A DNA stretch of 64,000 bases, taken from NCBI GenBank assembly GCA_964626665.1, contig CAZVGK010000007.1:1-64000 (forward strand). The letters run 5' to 3'. Of the stretch, positions 1 through 9,673 are shown piece after piece. The DNA is from an uncultured Gemmatimonadota bacterium. GTDB lineage: Bacteria; SM23-81; DAOVCL01. The notes under the pieces are model-generated. The model did not search any database and was not told the origin of the DNA. It worked only from the letters and a program-made list of their open reading frames with translations. How positions within the stretch are numbered: the first letter of the stretch is position 1; each line of letters opens with the position of its first letter. Made by a program: the position numbers and the translations under genes.

Positions 1-59
1 ACTCAACTAGGTATCACTTAATTCCCTTCATTCTGGTAATAGCCGATACTAATGAAATA

Positions 60-420
60 GAAATTTCTCAGCCGTCAGGTGCCCTCATCTAACGGCGGAA
101 GGTGACTGAATCGAGGTTCTGCCACCTCATTTCGCCAAGGCCTTGAATACGAATTCCACGAATGGACGAATAGCACAAATCCTAATCGATTCGGCTTTCA
201 GCCGTCAGCACTCAGCTATCTTCTATTTTCCAAATTCCCAATTTCTTATTTTCGCCTTTACGATCTACGGTTCTCCCATTCGCGCAGATTCGTGTCATTC
301 GTGTTCCATCTTCAAGGAGTTGTGGAAGGCATCTCCTGGTGCCGATAAAAAGTGTGCTCTAGGGAGTTACCTCGATCAGGGAAAAGCCCTGACAACTAGT
401 GAATACTGATAGCTGAATTC
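60..420. repeat. Mosaic of short palindromic and heptamer-periodic intergenic repeats
   Basis: gccgtcaggtgccctcatctaacggc...gttctgccacc recurs near 44432-44495; ctttcagccgtcagca recurs near 17914; gagttgtggaaggcatctcctggtgcc recurs near 41689. Confidence 0.7.
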
Positions 421-429
421 CATAAACTC

Positions 430-1908
430 TTATCCCCTTTTTGGCTTCCAGCCAGTGAGGAGGGCAATGATCCCCACCAAGATGGTTATGAGCAGGCAGA
501 GCTGAGGGAGCCAATCCCCCCACCGGGTGTAGAATGTCTCCTCCCCCCTGAGGGGAAGCTCGCCAATCAGGTTCTCCCGGGTAAGGAGCCTGGTTTGGGC
601 TATTACCCGACCATAGGGATCGTAAAAGGCGGAGATCCCCGTGTTGGCACAGCGGGCCATACTTATCCGATTCTCCACCGCCCGAAACCTGGCTATCCCT
701 GCATGCTGAAAGGGTCCTGATGTGTGGCCGAACCAGCCATCGTTGGTCACATTTACCAAAAAGTCCGCGCCCTCCTTTACGAACTTCCTCACCAAGCCAG
801 AGAAGATGGCCTCAAAACAGATCAAGCTCGCAAAACGGCCCTTGTTTATCTTAAAGATGGTTAGTTCCCTCCCCGGGGAGAAGTCGGCCTCCCCGAAGTT
901 CATTCTCCTCAGTATGGGCAGCTGCTGGTCAAATGGTATCCTCTCTGAAAAGGGGACGAGCTGGATTTTGTGGTAATGCTGCACATCCTTAGAGCGAGGC
1001 CGCAAGAGAAACACAGCGTTGTAGTATCTGGGCTCGCCATTATTGCTATAGATATAATCCGGCGCCCCCACCAAAAGGGGAACCCCCAGTTCCCTGCTTA
1101 ATTCCCCTACCTTTTCCCTATACTCCTGACGGTGCATCAGATAACAGGGGATGGAGGTCTCCGGCCAAACTAATAAGTCAGGGGTCTGGGAGGCAATCAT
1201 CCGAGACATCTCCACATAAGTATCGAGGCTATAGCTGAGAAACCGAGCATCCCATTTTACCTTCTGGTCGATATTCCCCTGGACCATTCCCACCTTTATC
1301 CCTTCCTGAGGCCTGGAGGAAGGGATAAGGCTGTGCCCCCAAAGATAGGGAATAATGATAATAATGGCAAGGGGAAAAAGGTAGGAATATCCCCTTCTAC
1401 GGTAGAGGGAGAGAAAGCAGAGGAGGTTAACGATGGCTACCCAAAGTGAGATCCCCGCGGAGCCGGTGAGGGTGGCTAACTGGATAAAGGACAGGGAATA
1501 GCCCTGGGTATAGCTCAGATCTAGCCAGGGAAAGGCCAGTTGTCCCTGAGCTCGCAGGTATTCCCAGCTTACCCAAAGAAAGGGGGCAATGAACAGGCCC
1601 CAGTCCCTCCCCCTCTTCTGAAAGAGGCCAAAGGAGAGGCTGTAGAAAAGTCCATAGAGGGAGAGGACAAAAATGGCCCCTATCCCCCCCCAGACAGTAG
1701 CCCAACATATCCAATAGAGGCAGAGGGAGTTGGTAAGCAGGCCCCAAAGCCAGCCCAGCCGCAGGGAGGAGGAGAGATCAACCCCATCCAGGGCCTCCCA
1801 GAGGGGGACCAGCGATACAAAGGCTAAGGGGCCTAAGAGGGAGGGAGGAAAGGATAGGGAGAAGAGGAGTGCGGAAAATCCTACCAAGAGCAGGCGTCTT
1901 GGCTCCAT
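430..1908 (-). CDS. lnt: Apolipoprotein N-acyltransferase
   Basis: Multi-TM N-terminus, QGNIDQ, VWPET, KIQLVPFSE, ICFE, NVTNDGWFG, RAVENR, NTGIS nitrilase-fold motifs. Confidence 0.95.
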   Translation of the reverse strand: MEPRRLLLVGFSALLFSLSFPPSLLGPLAFVSLVPLWEALDGVDLSSSLRLGWLWGLLTNSLCLYWICWATVWGGIGAIFVLSLYGLFYSLSFGLFQKRGRDWGLFIAPFLWVSWEYLRAQGQLAFPWLDLSYTQGYSLSFIQLATLTGSAGISLWVAIVNLLCFLSLYRRRGYSYLFPLAIIIIIPYLWGHSLIPSSRPQEGIKVGMVQGNIDQKVKWDARFLSYSLDTYVEMSRMIASQTPDLLVWPETSIPCYLMHRQEYREKVGELSRELGVPLLVGAPDYIYSNNGEPRYYNAVFLLRPRSKDVQHYHKIQLVPFSERIPFDQQLPILRRMNFGEADFSPGRELTIFKINKGRFASLICFEAIFSGLVRKFVKEGADFLVNVTNDGWFGHTSGPFQHAGIARFRAVENRISMARCANTGISAFYDPYGRVIAQTRLLTRENLIGELPLRGEETFYTRWGDWLPQLCLLITILVGIIALLTGWKPKRG

Positions 1909-2928
1909 CTATGCTTTTCCGTGGGGTCTTTCACCATCTTCCAGCGGTCCTCTGGTGTCGTGCTCGTCTGAGATCTCCCCGACAATCTCCTCAATTACAT
2001 CCTCAAAGGTAACTACCCCTACCACCCCCCCCCGCTCATCGATAACTATGGCAAAGCCTTCACCGCGCTTTTGGAAGGAGAGGAAGAGCTCCTTCACGCT
2101 TCTGGACTCGGGCACAAACTCCACCGGTTTCAGCAGCTTTCTCAAGGGGGTGGATGGGGTGGCCGTGATGAGTTGATTTACCTCCACAACGCCGATGATA
2201 TCCTCGCTCTTTCCCCGATAGACGGGGAATTTAGAGAAGCCAGTCCTCTGGACAAGGTCGATCACCTCCCTGAGGGAAGCCTTAATATCGATCAGAGAGA
2301 TATCCTGAAAGGGAACCATTATCCTCTTTATGGGGGTCTTCCCAAACCGAAAGACCCTCTCTACCATCTGGTTCTCCTCCCTGCTCCATCTCCCCCCTGC
2401 GGCCATCTCCTGCGAGAGGGCCAAAAGCTCTTCAGCCTTAACCAAGGGGGAGGGCTTTTCCCTCCTCTGCAAACCAACAGAGCGCAAGATGAACCAGGCC
2501 AGATTGGAGAAGAGATATACCAGGGGGGAAAAGAGGAGATAGGTCCACCAGAGGGGCCGGGATAGGGAAGAGATCCAACGGTCAGAGTGGATATAAAAAA
2601 ATGTTTTGGGGATGATCTCTCCCCAGACGAGCAGGAGGGGGGTAAGGATGAGGGTGGAGAGGAGAGAGACCTCCCCCGACAGCCAATGGGAGAGAAGGCC
2701 GGTGGTCAGCACAGAGGCCAGGATGACGAAAAGGTTGGTACCCACCAAAGTGGTGTTTAAAATCCACCCCGGTTTCTCCAAGAGGTAATCGATGAGGATA
2801 GCTCCCTTTTTGCCTTGATGGGCCTGGCTCTTTACCTTCCATCGGTTACAGGAGATAAGGGCGGTCTCGGAGCCGGAGAAGAAGCCGGCCAAACCAATGG
2901 AGAGGATTATCCCCGCCAGATAGATCAA
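1909..2928 (-). CDS. CNNM/HlyC-CorC family membrane protein (DUF21 + CBS pair)
   Basis: FFSGSETAL, GEIIPK, FSKFPVY, GVVTFEDVIEEIVGEISDEHD; start moved to TTG at 2928 (AGGAGG RBS, TTGA overlap with upstream stop). Confidence 0.88.
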   Translation of the reverse strand: MIYLAGIILSIGLAGFFSGSETALISCNRWKVKSQAHQGKKGAILIDYLLEKPGWILNTTLVGTNLFVILASVLTTGLLSHWLSGEVSLLSTLILTPLLLVWGEIIPKTFFYIHSDRWISSLSRPLWWTYLLFSPLVYLFSNLAWFILRSVGLQRREKPSPLVKAEELLALSQEMAAGGRWSREENQMVERVFRFGKTPIKRIMVPFQDISLIDIKASLREVIDLVQRTGFSKFPVYRGKSEDIIGVVEVNQLITATPSTPLRKLLKPVEFVPESRSVKELFLSFQKRGEGFAIVIDERGGVVGVVTFEDVIEEIVGEISDEHDTRGPLEDGERPHGKA

Positions 2929-3401
2929 AGATTGCCTCCTCCAATCTCCCGCAACTTCTCCGCCATCCTCTGCCAATGGGTGCCCGGCCAATATATCCTT
3001 CCACAGCCCGCACAGGTCATAAACCTTCCCTGGTTCTGATAGACCCAGGGCGGAACCAAACCTTTCACCTTCTCCTTTTCTATGGGAACCAAGGGGAGGT
3101 TACAGACCAGACAGCGGGTGAAGGCCTGGCCTTCCCACCGCAATCTTAGCCCTTCAATCACCTCCCTCAGTTGTTGGAACAACTGGTCAGACCTAATCAA
3201 GATGGAGGGGCAGTTTCCCCTCTGCACTATCTCCCGATCCCTGGTCAGAAGGATCCTCCCCCCGCGCAAGGCTATCCTCTCCAGATCCCCATCCTCGCCG
3301 CTTTGGAAGTAGCTGGCATCATAGCCCATAACCCGTAACCATTTGGCCAGGGTACCCAACATACTATCCACGGCAAACTTAGGCTTATCCTTGCGGCCCA
3401 T
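2925..3401 (-). CDS. Mut7-C RNase domain protein (PIN-like + Zn ribbon)
   Basis: FAVDSMLGTLAKWLRVMGYD, LLTRD, RCLVCN...CAGCGRIYWPGTH. Confidence 0.9.
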   Translation of the reverse strand: MGRKDKPKFAVDSMLGTLAKWLRVMGYDASYFQSGEDGDLERIALRGGRILLTRDREIVQRGNCPSILIRSDQLFQQLREVIEGLRLRWEGQAFTRCLVCNLPLVPIEKEKVKGLVPPWVYQNQGRFMTCAGCGRIYWPGTHWQRMAEKLREIGGGNL

Positions 3402-4629
3402 CCCCCTTCCTCACTTCTACCCGCTCAATCCTATTTGGCCGGGCCCCTAATATGTGAAAGGTCAACCCCTCCAATTTCAGCCTCTCCCCCCTCTTTGGTA
3501 TCCTCCCCAACTTCTCCGTAATGTATCCCCCTAAGGTGCGATAAGAGGAGGAGAGGGAAGTCCCCCAGACCCGGTTGAACTTGGCCAACTCCATATCCGC
3601 CTGGCAAACAAATCCACCATCCCTCTTGAGCCGATAGGGCAAACCTCCCCCCTCACCCTTCCTCATCGCCTCCCCGATTATCCCTTTGAGGAGATCATCC
3701 ATGGTTACCAGGCCGGACAACTCCCCGTATTCATTGATGGTCAGGGCGATATGCACCCTCTTCCTCTTGAACTCCCTGAGGACATCTATGGCCTTTCTCT
3801 TCTCCGGAATGAAATATGGGGGGCGAGCAATCTGTCCAATGGTCATTGATCCATCTTTCAGCAGATAAGGGACGAAATCCTTAACATAGAGAACACCAAC
3901 TATGTTCTCCTCCCTTTCCTCCCAGATAGGGATGCGGGAAAACCCACTTTCTTTCACTATCTTCTTCGCTTCCTCCACTGAGAGGGAGGCCCTCAAGGAG
4001 AATATCTCTTTTCTGGGGGTCAACACCCAATCCACCGTTGTCCCTCCCAACTCTATTATTCCCTGGAGAAGGTCCCTTTTCACTAAGTCAATGTTTCCTT
4101 CCTCGTGGCCTAAACTCACCAAGAACTTCAACTCCTCCCCACTAAAACTCAGCTTTTCCCCGGTCTCCCTTTCGCCCAGCGCCCGCAAAAGGATATGGGT
4201 GAGGACATCCAATACCTTTCTTAAAGGGGAGACAAGTTGAGAGAAGAGGTAGAGAGGACGTGCCACAATGAGGGCGATCTTTCCCGGGTAGTGTGCGGAG
4301 GCGGTTTTGGGGGTAATCTCCCCCCAGATGAGGATGAGAAAGGTCATTACCCCAGTGGAGATGGCCAAACCGCGATCGCCAAATAGCCCTAAAGCCAGAG
4401 CGGTAGCCAGGCTGGAGCCAAGGACATTCACGAACATATTGCCCAACAGGATGGTGATCAAGCTCTTTCTGGGCTGGGCCATAATCCGGGAGATCAGCTT
4501 ACCCTTCTTTCCCATTGCCTTTATAGCCAAGGGGTTAAGGGAAAAAAGGGCCGTCTCCGCCCCAGAGAAAAATGCAGAGAGGCAGAGACAGACCCCCAAG
4601 ATCAGGAATTTAACAGATGTGAGGGACAA
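3385..4629 (-). CDS. CNNM/HlyC-CorC family protein (DUF21 + CBS + CorC_HlyC)
   Basis: SAFFSGAETALFSL, GEITPK, FSRIPIW, TLGGYITEKLGRIP. Confidence 0.9.
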   Translation of the reverse strand: MSLTSVKFLILGVCLCLSAFFSGAETALFSLNPLAIKAMGKKGKLISRIMAQPRKSLITILLGNMFVNVLGSSLATALALGLFGDRGLAISTGVMTFLILIWGEITPKTASAHYPGKIALIVARPLYLFSQLVSPLRKVLDVLTHILLRALGERETGEKLSFSGEELKFLVSLGHEEGNIDLVKRDLLQGIIELGGTTVDWVLTPRKEIFSLRASLSVEEAKKIVKESGFSRIPIWEEREENIVGVLYVKDFVPYLLKDGSMTIGQIARPPYFIPEKRKAIDVLREFKRKRVHIALTINEYGELSGLVTMDDLLKGIIGEAMRKGEGGGLPYRLKRDGGFVCQADMELAKFNRVWGTSLSSSYRTLGGYITEKLGRIPKRGERLKLEGLTFHILGARPNRIERVEVRKGDGPQG

Positions 4630-4711
4630 TGCAGCATCACCTTTTGGGGAGTTGTAGAGGGAGTGGTTTGACCTGATGGCTCAGGGGATTCCCCCCTTTC
4701 AGCGGGTAGGT

Positions 4712-5089
4712 TCAGGCCCTGCTTCCGGGGCTAATCGCAGGAGAGAGTATCTCCTCTATCTTCGCTTCCAGCTCACCGAGGTTCGATGACTTTACTATAT
4801 AGGCATCCGCTACCCAGCTCTTGAAGTCCCACTTGTAAATGCTATAGGCGGAGTTGATGATCACGGGGAGGGATTTGCGATGTCCCTTGATCTCCCTTAA
4901 AAGCTGTAGGCCGTCAACACCGCCTAATTTGATATCCAGAACAACCAGATCAGGTTCCTCCTCCCTGACCTTTTCCAAAGTCTCCTTCCCATCGGCGAGC
5001 GGGATAACCTGGTAGCCCTTCTTCTTTAGCCTCCTCTCATAGAGGGCCAAAGTTCTCTCCTCATCCTCCACTATCAAGATCTTCTCCAT
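4712..5089 (-). CDS. Single-domain response regulator
   Basis: KILIVEDE, PDLVVLDIKL, DGLQLL receiver motifs; GGAGG RBS. Confidence 0.92.
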   Translation of the reverse strand: MEKILIVEDEERTLALYERRLKKKGYQVIPLADGKETLEKVREEEPDLVVLDIKLGGVDGLQLLREIKGHRKSLPVIINSAYSIYKWDFKSWVADAYIVKSSNLGELEAKIEEILSPAISPGSRA

Positions 5090-5105
5090 AAAACCTCCCT
5101 AATAC

Positions 5106-5367
5106 CTGGCTTCACAAGATCTCAAGACCTGTTCCTGACAGGTTCGCGAATTTGTCGTAAATCTCTGGGCCAAAAAATTTCTGCCGCCTGGAAATGCGAA
5201 ACACCATTGAAATCCAAAATAGTCTGCAGCAAGCCTGCTTTTGGGAGAAGGGTTCTTGGCTTAGAGAATTTGTAATTTGGCCATTGGAATCTGTTTCGGG
5301 TTTCGTCATTCGGATTTAGAGTTTTCTACTTGCTTCCCGCCCCCTCGATTGCAGGCGAGGCTTCGCT
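5106..5367 (-). repeat. ~260-bp dispersed repeat, inverted homolog of 50660-51104
   Basis: Reverse complement aligns blockwise with 50660-51104 (ggcgggaag, ctaaatccgaat, aaattctctaa..aagaaccctt, ccaaaagcagg, agatcttg, tgaagccag). Confidence 0.75.
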
Positions 5368-6979
5368 ATGGCCTTCTCAGGGGCAGGTTGACGGTAAACC
5401 TGCTGCCTACCCCCACCTTACTCTGCACATCTATAAAACCGCCATGATCTACCACGATCTTCTCCGCTACCGGAAGGCCTAACCCAGATCCCTTGGGTTT
5501 GGTGGAGAAGAATGGGGTGAAGAGGCGGTCAATATCCTCCTGGGGGATGCCCCTGCCCGTATCCTCGATCTCCAAGGAGAGGAAATCCTCCTTTACCCTC
5601 GTCCGGATGGAGAGCTTCCCTTCTTCCATAGCCTCCAGGGCATTATGAATGAGGTTGAGGAGGACCTGTTGCATCTGTTCGTCATCCACCATAATGGGGA
5701 GAAGTTGGGGGGCCAGCTCCGTTTCCAACTCTATTCTCTTCTCCCTCAGCCTCTCCGCCATCAGCCCCACCGTCTTGTTGACGATGAGGTTGAGGTCATG
5801 CTCCCCTAACTCCGGTTTGGCCTCCTTGGAGTAGTCAAGCATGCTGGCCAGTATCCTCTCTAACCTCTCCACCTCCTCGACGATTACCTCTAAATCTTCC
5901 CTCTTCACCTCCCGCTGGTCAAAATCCTCCAGGGCTGCCCGGGCATAACCCCCAATGGGAACAAGAGGGCTGCGGATCTCATGGGCCACAGTGGCGGCCA
6001 TCCTCCCAATGGCCGCCAATCTCTCCGTCTTTAAAAGGTAAGTCTGGTTCCTCCTTAACTGTCTCTCCGAATCCTCCAATTCTAAGAGCCTGCTCTTCAA
6101 CTCCTGGTTCAGGCGGGAGTTCTCGATGGCCAAGCTGGCCTGATGGGCAAAGGTCTCCAACAGCTCCACATCCCTATCCTGGATAGGCCTTTGGGTAAAC
6201 TTATTGTCCGCTATAAGCACCCCTATGGCCTTATCCTTGGTCACTAAGGGGACAATCGCCAAGGGCTGAGCGCCAAAGATGGTAACGAATTCCACCTCCA
6301 AGTTGAGAAGCTCCTCCGGGCTTCTCAGACAGTAGGACCTCATCTCCAAAAGGGAGGAGCCAATGGCCTGGGGTTGGGGATTGAGGGAGAGGGTGAGTCC
6401 CTTGACCAATGAGTTTAGTCGCTCACTCCTCTGGGAGTCAGGGAGGGGGAAGAGAAGCTCCTTAAGGGATGGTTTCCTCTCCTCCAACTGCTGCCAGATG
6501 AACCTTGCCTCCTCCCCATCAAGGGGACCAATGGCCATCTCCCCCTTAAGCGCCTTCCCCCTATCATCCAGGAGGAGAATTAGGGCCCGATTGAACCCGA
6601 AGGCCTCACCGGCAGTCACCCCGGTCAAGATGATATGCAACACCTCATCCAATTTCGTCGTGCTCTGCAACGCACCGGTGACCAGGTTCAAGGTCTGCAG
6701 GCTGGTGACCTTCTCCCGCAGCTCCTCCTCAGAGTTGCTCATCTCTTGGATGATGAGGCTCACCGTCCGATAGAGGGCCAGATCAGCGGAGCGACGGCCG
6801 ATCGCCCTCTCTATGCTTAGCTTGAAAACCTCACAATGAAGGCAGCGGGAGAGAAGCTTCCCCTCCTCGCTGCGGTTGCCATCGACCAACCAGCAGAAGA
6901 CCCCAGGATGGTGGTAAACAGGGCAGTCTTCCCGGCCACAGCCCTTTATCTCCCAACAGAGCGGAGGATTCTCCCACAT
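5366..6979 (-). CDS. GAF-containing sensor histidine kinase with Cys-rich (two-CW-like) N-terminus
   Basis: H-box AHEIRSPL, N-box NLIHNALEAM, DTGRGI, FFSTKPKGSGLGL; N-terminal CWEIKGC...CPVY...CWLVDG...CLHCEVF. Confidence 0.92.
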   Translation of the reverse strand: MWENPPLCWEIKGCGREDCPVYHHPGVFCWLVDGNRSEEGKLLSRCLHCEVFKLSIERAIGRRSADLALYRTVSLIIQEMSNSEEELREKVTSLQTLNLVTGALQSTTKLDEVLHIILTGVTAGEAFGFNRALILLLDDRGKALKGEMAIGPLDGEEARFIWQQLEERKPSLKELLFPLPDSQRSERLNSLVKGLTLSLNPQPQAIGSSLLEMRSYCLRSPEELLNLEVEFVTIFGAQPLAIVPLVTKDKAIGVLIADNKFTQRPIQDRDVELLETFAHQASLAIENSRLNQELKSRLLELEDSERQLRRNQTYLLKTERLAAIGRMAATVAHEIRSPLVPIGGYARAALEDFDQREVKREDLEVIVEEVERLERILASMLDYSKEAKPELGEHDLNLIVNKTVGLMAERLREKRIELETELAPQLLPIMVDDEQMQQVLLNLIHNALEAMEEGKLSIRTRVKEDFLSLEIEDTGRGIPQEDIDRLFTPFFSTKPKGSGLGLPVAEKIVVDHGGFIDVQSKVGVGSRFTVNLPLRRP

Positions 6980-6982
6980 AAC

Positions 6983-7576
6983 TTAGGGGGAAAGCGCCTT
7001 GAGGATGGCCTTGCCGAACTCCCGGGCCGCGGTGGGGCCATTGGCGGTAATGATCCTCCCATCCACCTGAACAGGGGAAGCGGTGTAGTCGGCCCCTTTG
7101 GCCTCAATCCTTCTCCACTCAGCCTCCCAGACCGTAGCCTTTTTCCCCTTCAAAAGGCCGGCATTGGCCAAGGTCACCGGGGCTATACAGATCGCCCCCA
7201 AGATCTTCCCTCCCTGGTAGGCCTTCTGGGCAATGGAATGGGCCCTTGAGTCCTCCCAATATACGGATGCCCCTCCCCCTCCGATGAAGACTACCGCATC
7301 ATAGTCGGCCACCCGAACCGAATCCACCAGCAGATCTACCCCCACCCTCGCCCCCAACATCCCTACTGCCGTGTCCAAGGAGGTGCTGGCTACCTGGACT
7401 GCTGCCCTCGCTTGGGTCAAAACCCCCTTCGTCTCCAGTAGCTCCTCATCCCGGAAGTTCTTGGGGGCGATGATCATCAGCACCTTCTTCCCCTCTACCC
7501 TCTGCGGAGGGGCCTTCCTCCCCCCACAGGCAGCCAGGAGCAAAAGGGGAAGGAGAAAGGCTATTTTCTGGACCAT
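6983..7576 (-). CDS. DJ-1/PfpI family protein with lipoprotein signal
   Basis: FRDEEL, DAVVFIGGGG, GAICIAP, ITANGP; lipobox LAAC. Confidence 0.9.
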   Translation of the reverse strand: MVQKIAFLLPLLLLAACGGRKAPPQRVEGKKVLMIIAPKNFRDEELLETKGVLTQARAAVQVASTSLDTAVGMLGARVGVDLLVDSVRVADYDAVVFIGGGGASVYWEDSRAHSIAQKAYQGGKILGAICIAPVTLANAGLLKGKKATVWEAEWRRIEAKGADYTASPVQVDGRIITANGPTAAREFGKAILKALSP

Positions 7577-7605
7577 CTAAGCCTCCCTTTTAGGTTGTTT
7601 TATCA

Positions 7606-7634
7606 ACTATAGCTTAAATAAAAATTTATGTCAA
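7606..7634 (-). promoter_or_regulatory. Sigma70-type promoter
   Basis: TTGACA-17 bp-TATAGT on minus strand ~30 bp upstream of DJ-1 start. Confidence 0.7.
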
Positions 7635-7756
7635 GAAAATTTTTTAAAAAAATAGCTGACAATTTAGGGCCAGCTTTATGGGGCAGATCAGCCCAGACCC
7701 TCCTGACCCATCTGTGGGTGATCCCTGCCTACCGTTCGCTGAATGGTCCTCAACAA

Positions 7757-9505
7757 TCACCTATCCTCCGGGAAGGGTGGCTTCTGGGGCTCCACAAATA
7801 TGGTCTTCTCCCGGTGGACAACTACCACCCCGGGCTTGACCCCCTTGGGCCGTCGCACCCACTTCTTCAAGGTATAGAGCACAGGGGCAACCTTTGATGT
7901 CCTGGCCCGGCTGAAAAAGGCGGCCGCAGAGGCTGCCTCAGAGAGAGCCCTTTGAGAAGGGGAATCCTTCCTCCCCCTCCTTCTGATGATCACGTGGGAG
8001 CCGGGGACACCTTGGGCATGGAGCCAAATGTCATTTGGCTTAGCCACCCTATGGGTTAGCTCATCGTTCTGGAGACCTCCCTTTCCCAGGATCACCTCCC
8101 AGCCATCGGAGGTATAAAACTTGAGGAATTTACTCTGGGGCTCTTTCCTATATCTATCCGCTACAGGAGGAGGTATTAGCCTTATCTCCCGGAGTTTTTT
8201 CTCGGTTTCTTCTATAATCAGGAGGTTATCGGATTCCCTCAAGTCACCCCTTAAGGCCTCTATGACCTGCAGCCTCTTTTTGAGGTCAGCCAACCTTCTC
8301 CTTATATGAACCTGGGCCCTTTTGGCCTTCCCATAAAGCCGGTAATAAAGTTGGGCGTTCTCCTGAGGGGTGTGCCTTGGATCTAACTCCACCTCAAGTA
8401 ACTTCCCATTTGGATCATAAAGGTCGGGGAGTTCTGCCCTTTCCATCCCCTTTCTCAAATCCTTCAGGTGGGAGATTAGTAGGTCCCCCTTGACCTTGTA
8501 ATCCTCTGCCTTCCTTGCGGAACGATACTCCCCCTCCAGCTTCTGGTTGAGGGTGAGCAGATCCCTTCCTTTCCTCTCCAAAACCTTAAGGAGGTCCGCC
8601 CGACGGCTGGAAAGCTCCTGCCATCTCTTCCTTTCGTCAAACAGGTAACGGATGGCCTCGTTAACCGAGCCAAACTTCCTCCTCCTCTCCCCAGGGATCC
8701 CTTTAACCTCCGTGATGCTCAACCCCTGTGGCCTCCCCTCCTGATCAAAGATAACCTGAGGGAGGATCCTCCCCGACCTCCAATTGGTAAGGACCCTCTC
8801 CACCTCCTGAAGGAGATTCTCCATTTTTTCTTCATTTAAAGATTGCTCGGAGGGATCAATACCCTTCCCTCCCAAAATCTCCTTCACCAGCCCAGCGGAA
8901 AATCCCCTTATCTCTTGCTGCAGGGCCAGACCAATGGGGAGCCCTCTATGCTTCTCCAACTCCACCTTTATCTCAGCCATCTGCGTTTGGAGAGGGTTTA
9001 AACCCCGCAAAGGGGGAGGAGGTTGGTAGGCTATCCCCGGGATTATCTGCCTGCGACCCTTGGTGGAGGAACGGAGGGAGGCCAGGATCTTCCCTGAACG
9101 GTCAAGTAGGATGAGGTTGCTGTATCTGCCCAGAAGCTCGACTACCAGAATGTATTCCACAAAAGGGGTTAATTCTGTCCTCTTCCGGAAGTCAAACCGA
9201 AGGATGCGGTCAAAATCCGGCTGTTCTACATCAAAGAGGGTGGACCCGCCAATTAACCTCTCCACCACAGGGCCAAAGCCTGCCCCAGGCTTAACCTTCC
9301 CCCTTTCCCTCGGAAGGAAGCAGATATGGGAGAACGATGGATGGGCGGAGAGCCTTAAAATGTATGACTTCCCTTGGTGGGAGATCTCCAGCCCGTATTC
9401 CATCTTCCCCAACTGGCCAACCCCGATTACCCTCCCTCCAACCAGGTTCTCCCTGATCTCGGACTGGAGGGCATGGATTACAGGCCCCTCAAGGGACATC
9501 GCCAT
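7757..9505 (-). CDS. rqcH: NFACT family (RqcH/FbpA-like) ribosome quality control protein
   Basis: QPDFDRIL, ELLGRYSNLILLD, ENAQLYY, GKGGLQNDEL, DIWLHAQGVPGSHV, KKWVRRPKG. Confidence 0.88.
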   Translation of the reverse strand: MAMSLEGPVIHALQSEIRENLVGGRVIGVGQLGKMEYGLEISHQGKSYILRLSAHPSFSHICFLPRERGKVKPGAGFGPVVERLIGGSTLFDVEQPDFDRILRFDFRKRTELTPFVEYILVVELLGRYSNLILLDRSGKILASLRSSTKGRRQIIPGIAYQPPPPLRGLNPLQTQMAEIKVELEKHRGLPIGLALQQEIRGFSAGLVKEILGGKGIDPSEQSLNEEKMENLLQEVERVLTNWRSGRILPQVIFDQEGRPQGLSITEVKGIPGERRRKFGSVNEAIRYLFDERKRWQELSSRRADLLKVLERKGRDLLTLNQKLEGEYRSARKAEDYKVKGDLLISHLKDLRKGMERAELPDLYDPNGKLLEVELDPRHTPQENAQLYYRLYGKAKRAQVHIRRRLADLKKRLQVIEALRGDLRESDNLLIIEETEKKLREIRLIPPPVADRYRKEPQSKFLKFYTSDGWEVILGKGGLQNDELTHRVAKPNDIWLHAQGVPGSHVIIRRRGRKDSPSQRALSEAASAAAFFSRARTSKVAPVLYTLKKWVRRPKGVKPGVVVVHREKTIFVEPQKPPFPEDR

Positions 9506-9673
9506 CCCTCCAGTGGTCGGCTAAGCTATACCTTTCATTTTTAGCTATCTCTTGTTTAAGCAAAAAACCTTCCTGCCAAAGCGGCAACAGGTGAATCTGA
9601 TAGTTTGGTTAAAAAAACGATTCAGGCAAGCTTTGCAGATTGGGATGGTACTACCCTTTAAACTTTGGTGGGG

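Noticed and set aside
143-409. Short ORFs over intergenic repeats (also 5112-5309, 31157-31489, 41614-41796, 53068-53313, 54267-54536, 59235-59534, 60289-60516)
   Set aside because: They translate palindromic repeat DNA, lack RBS and show no recognisable motifs.
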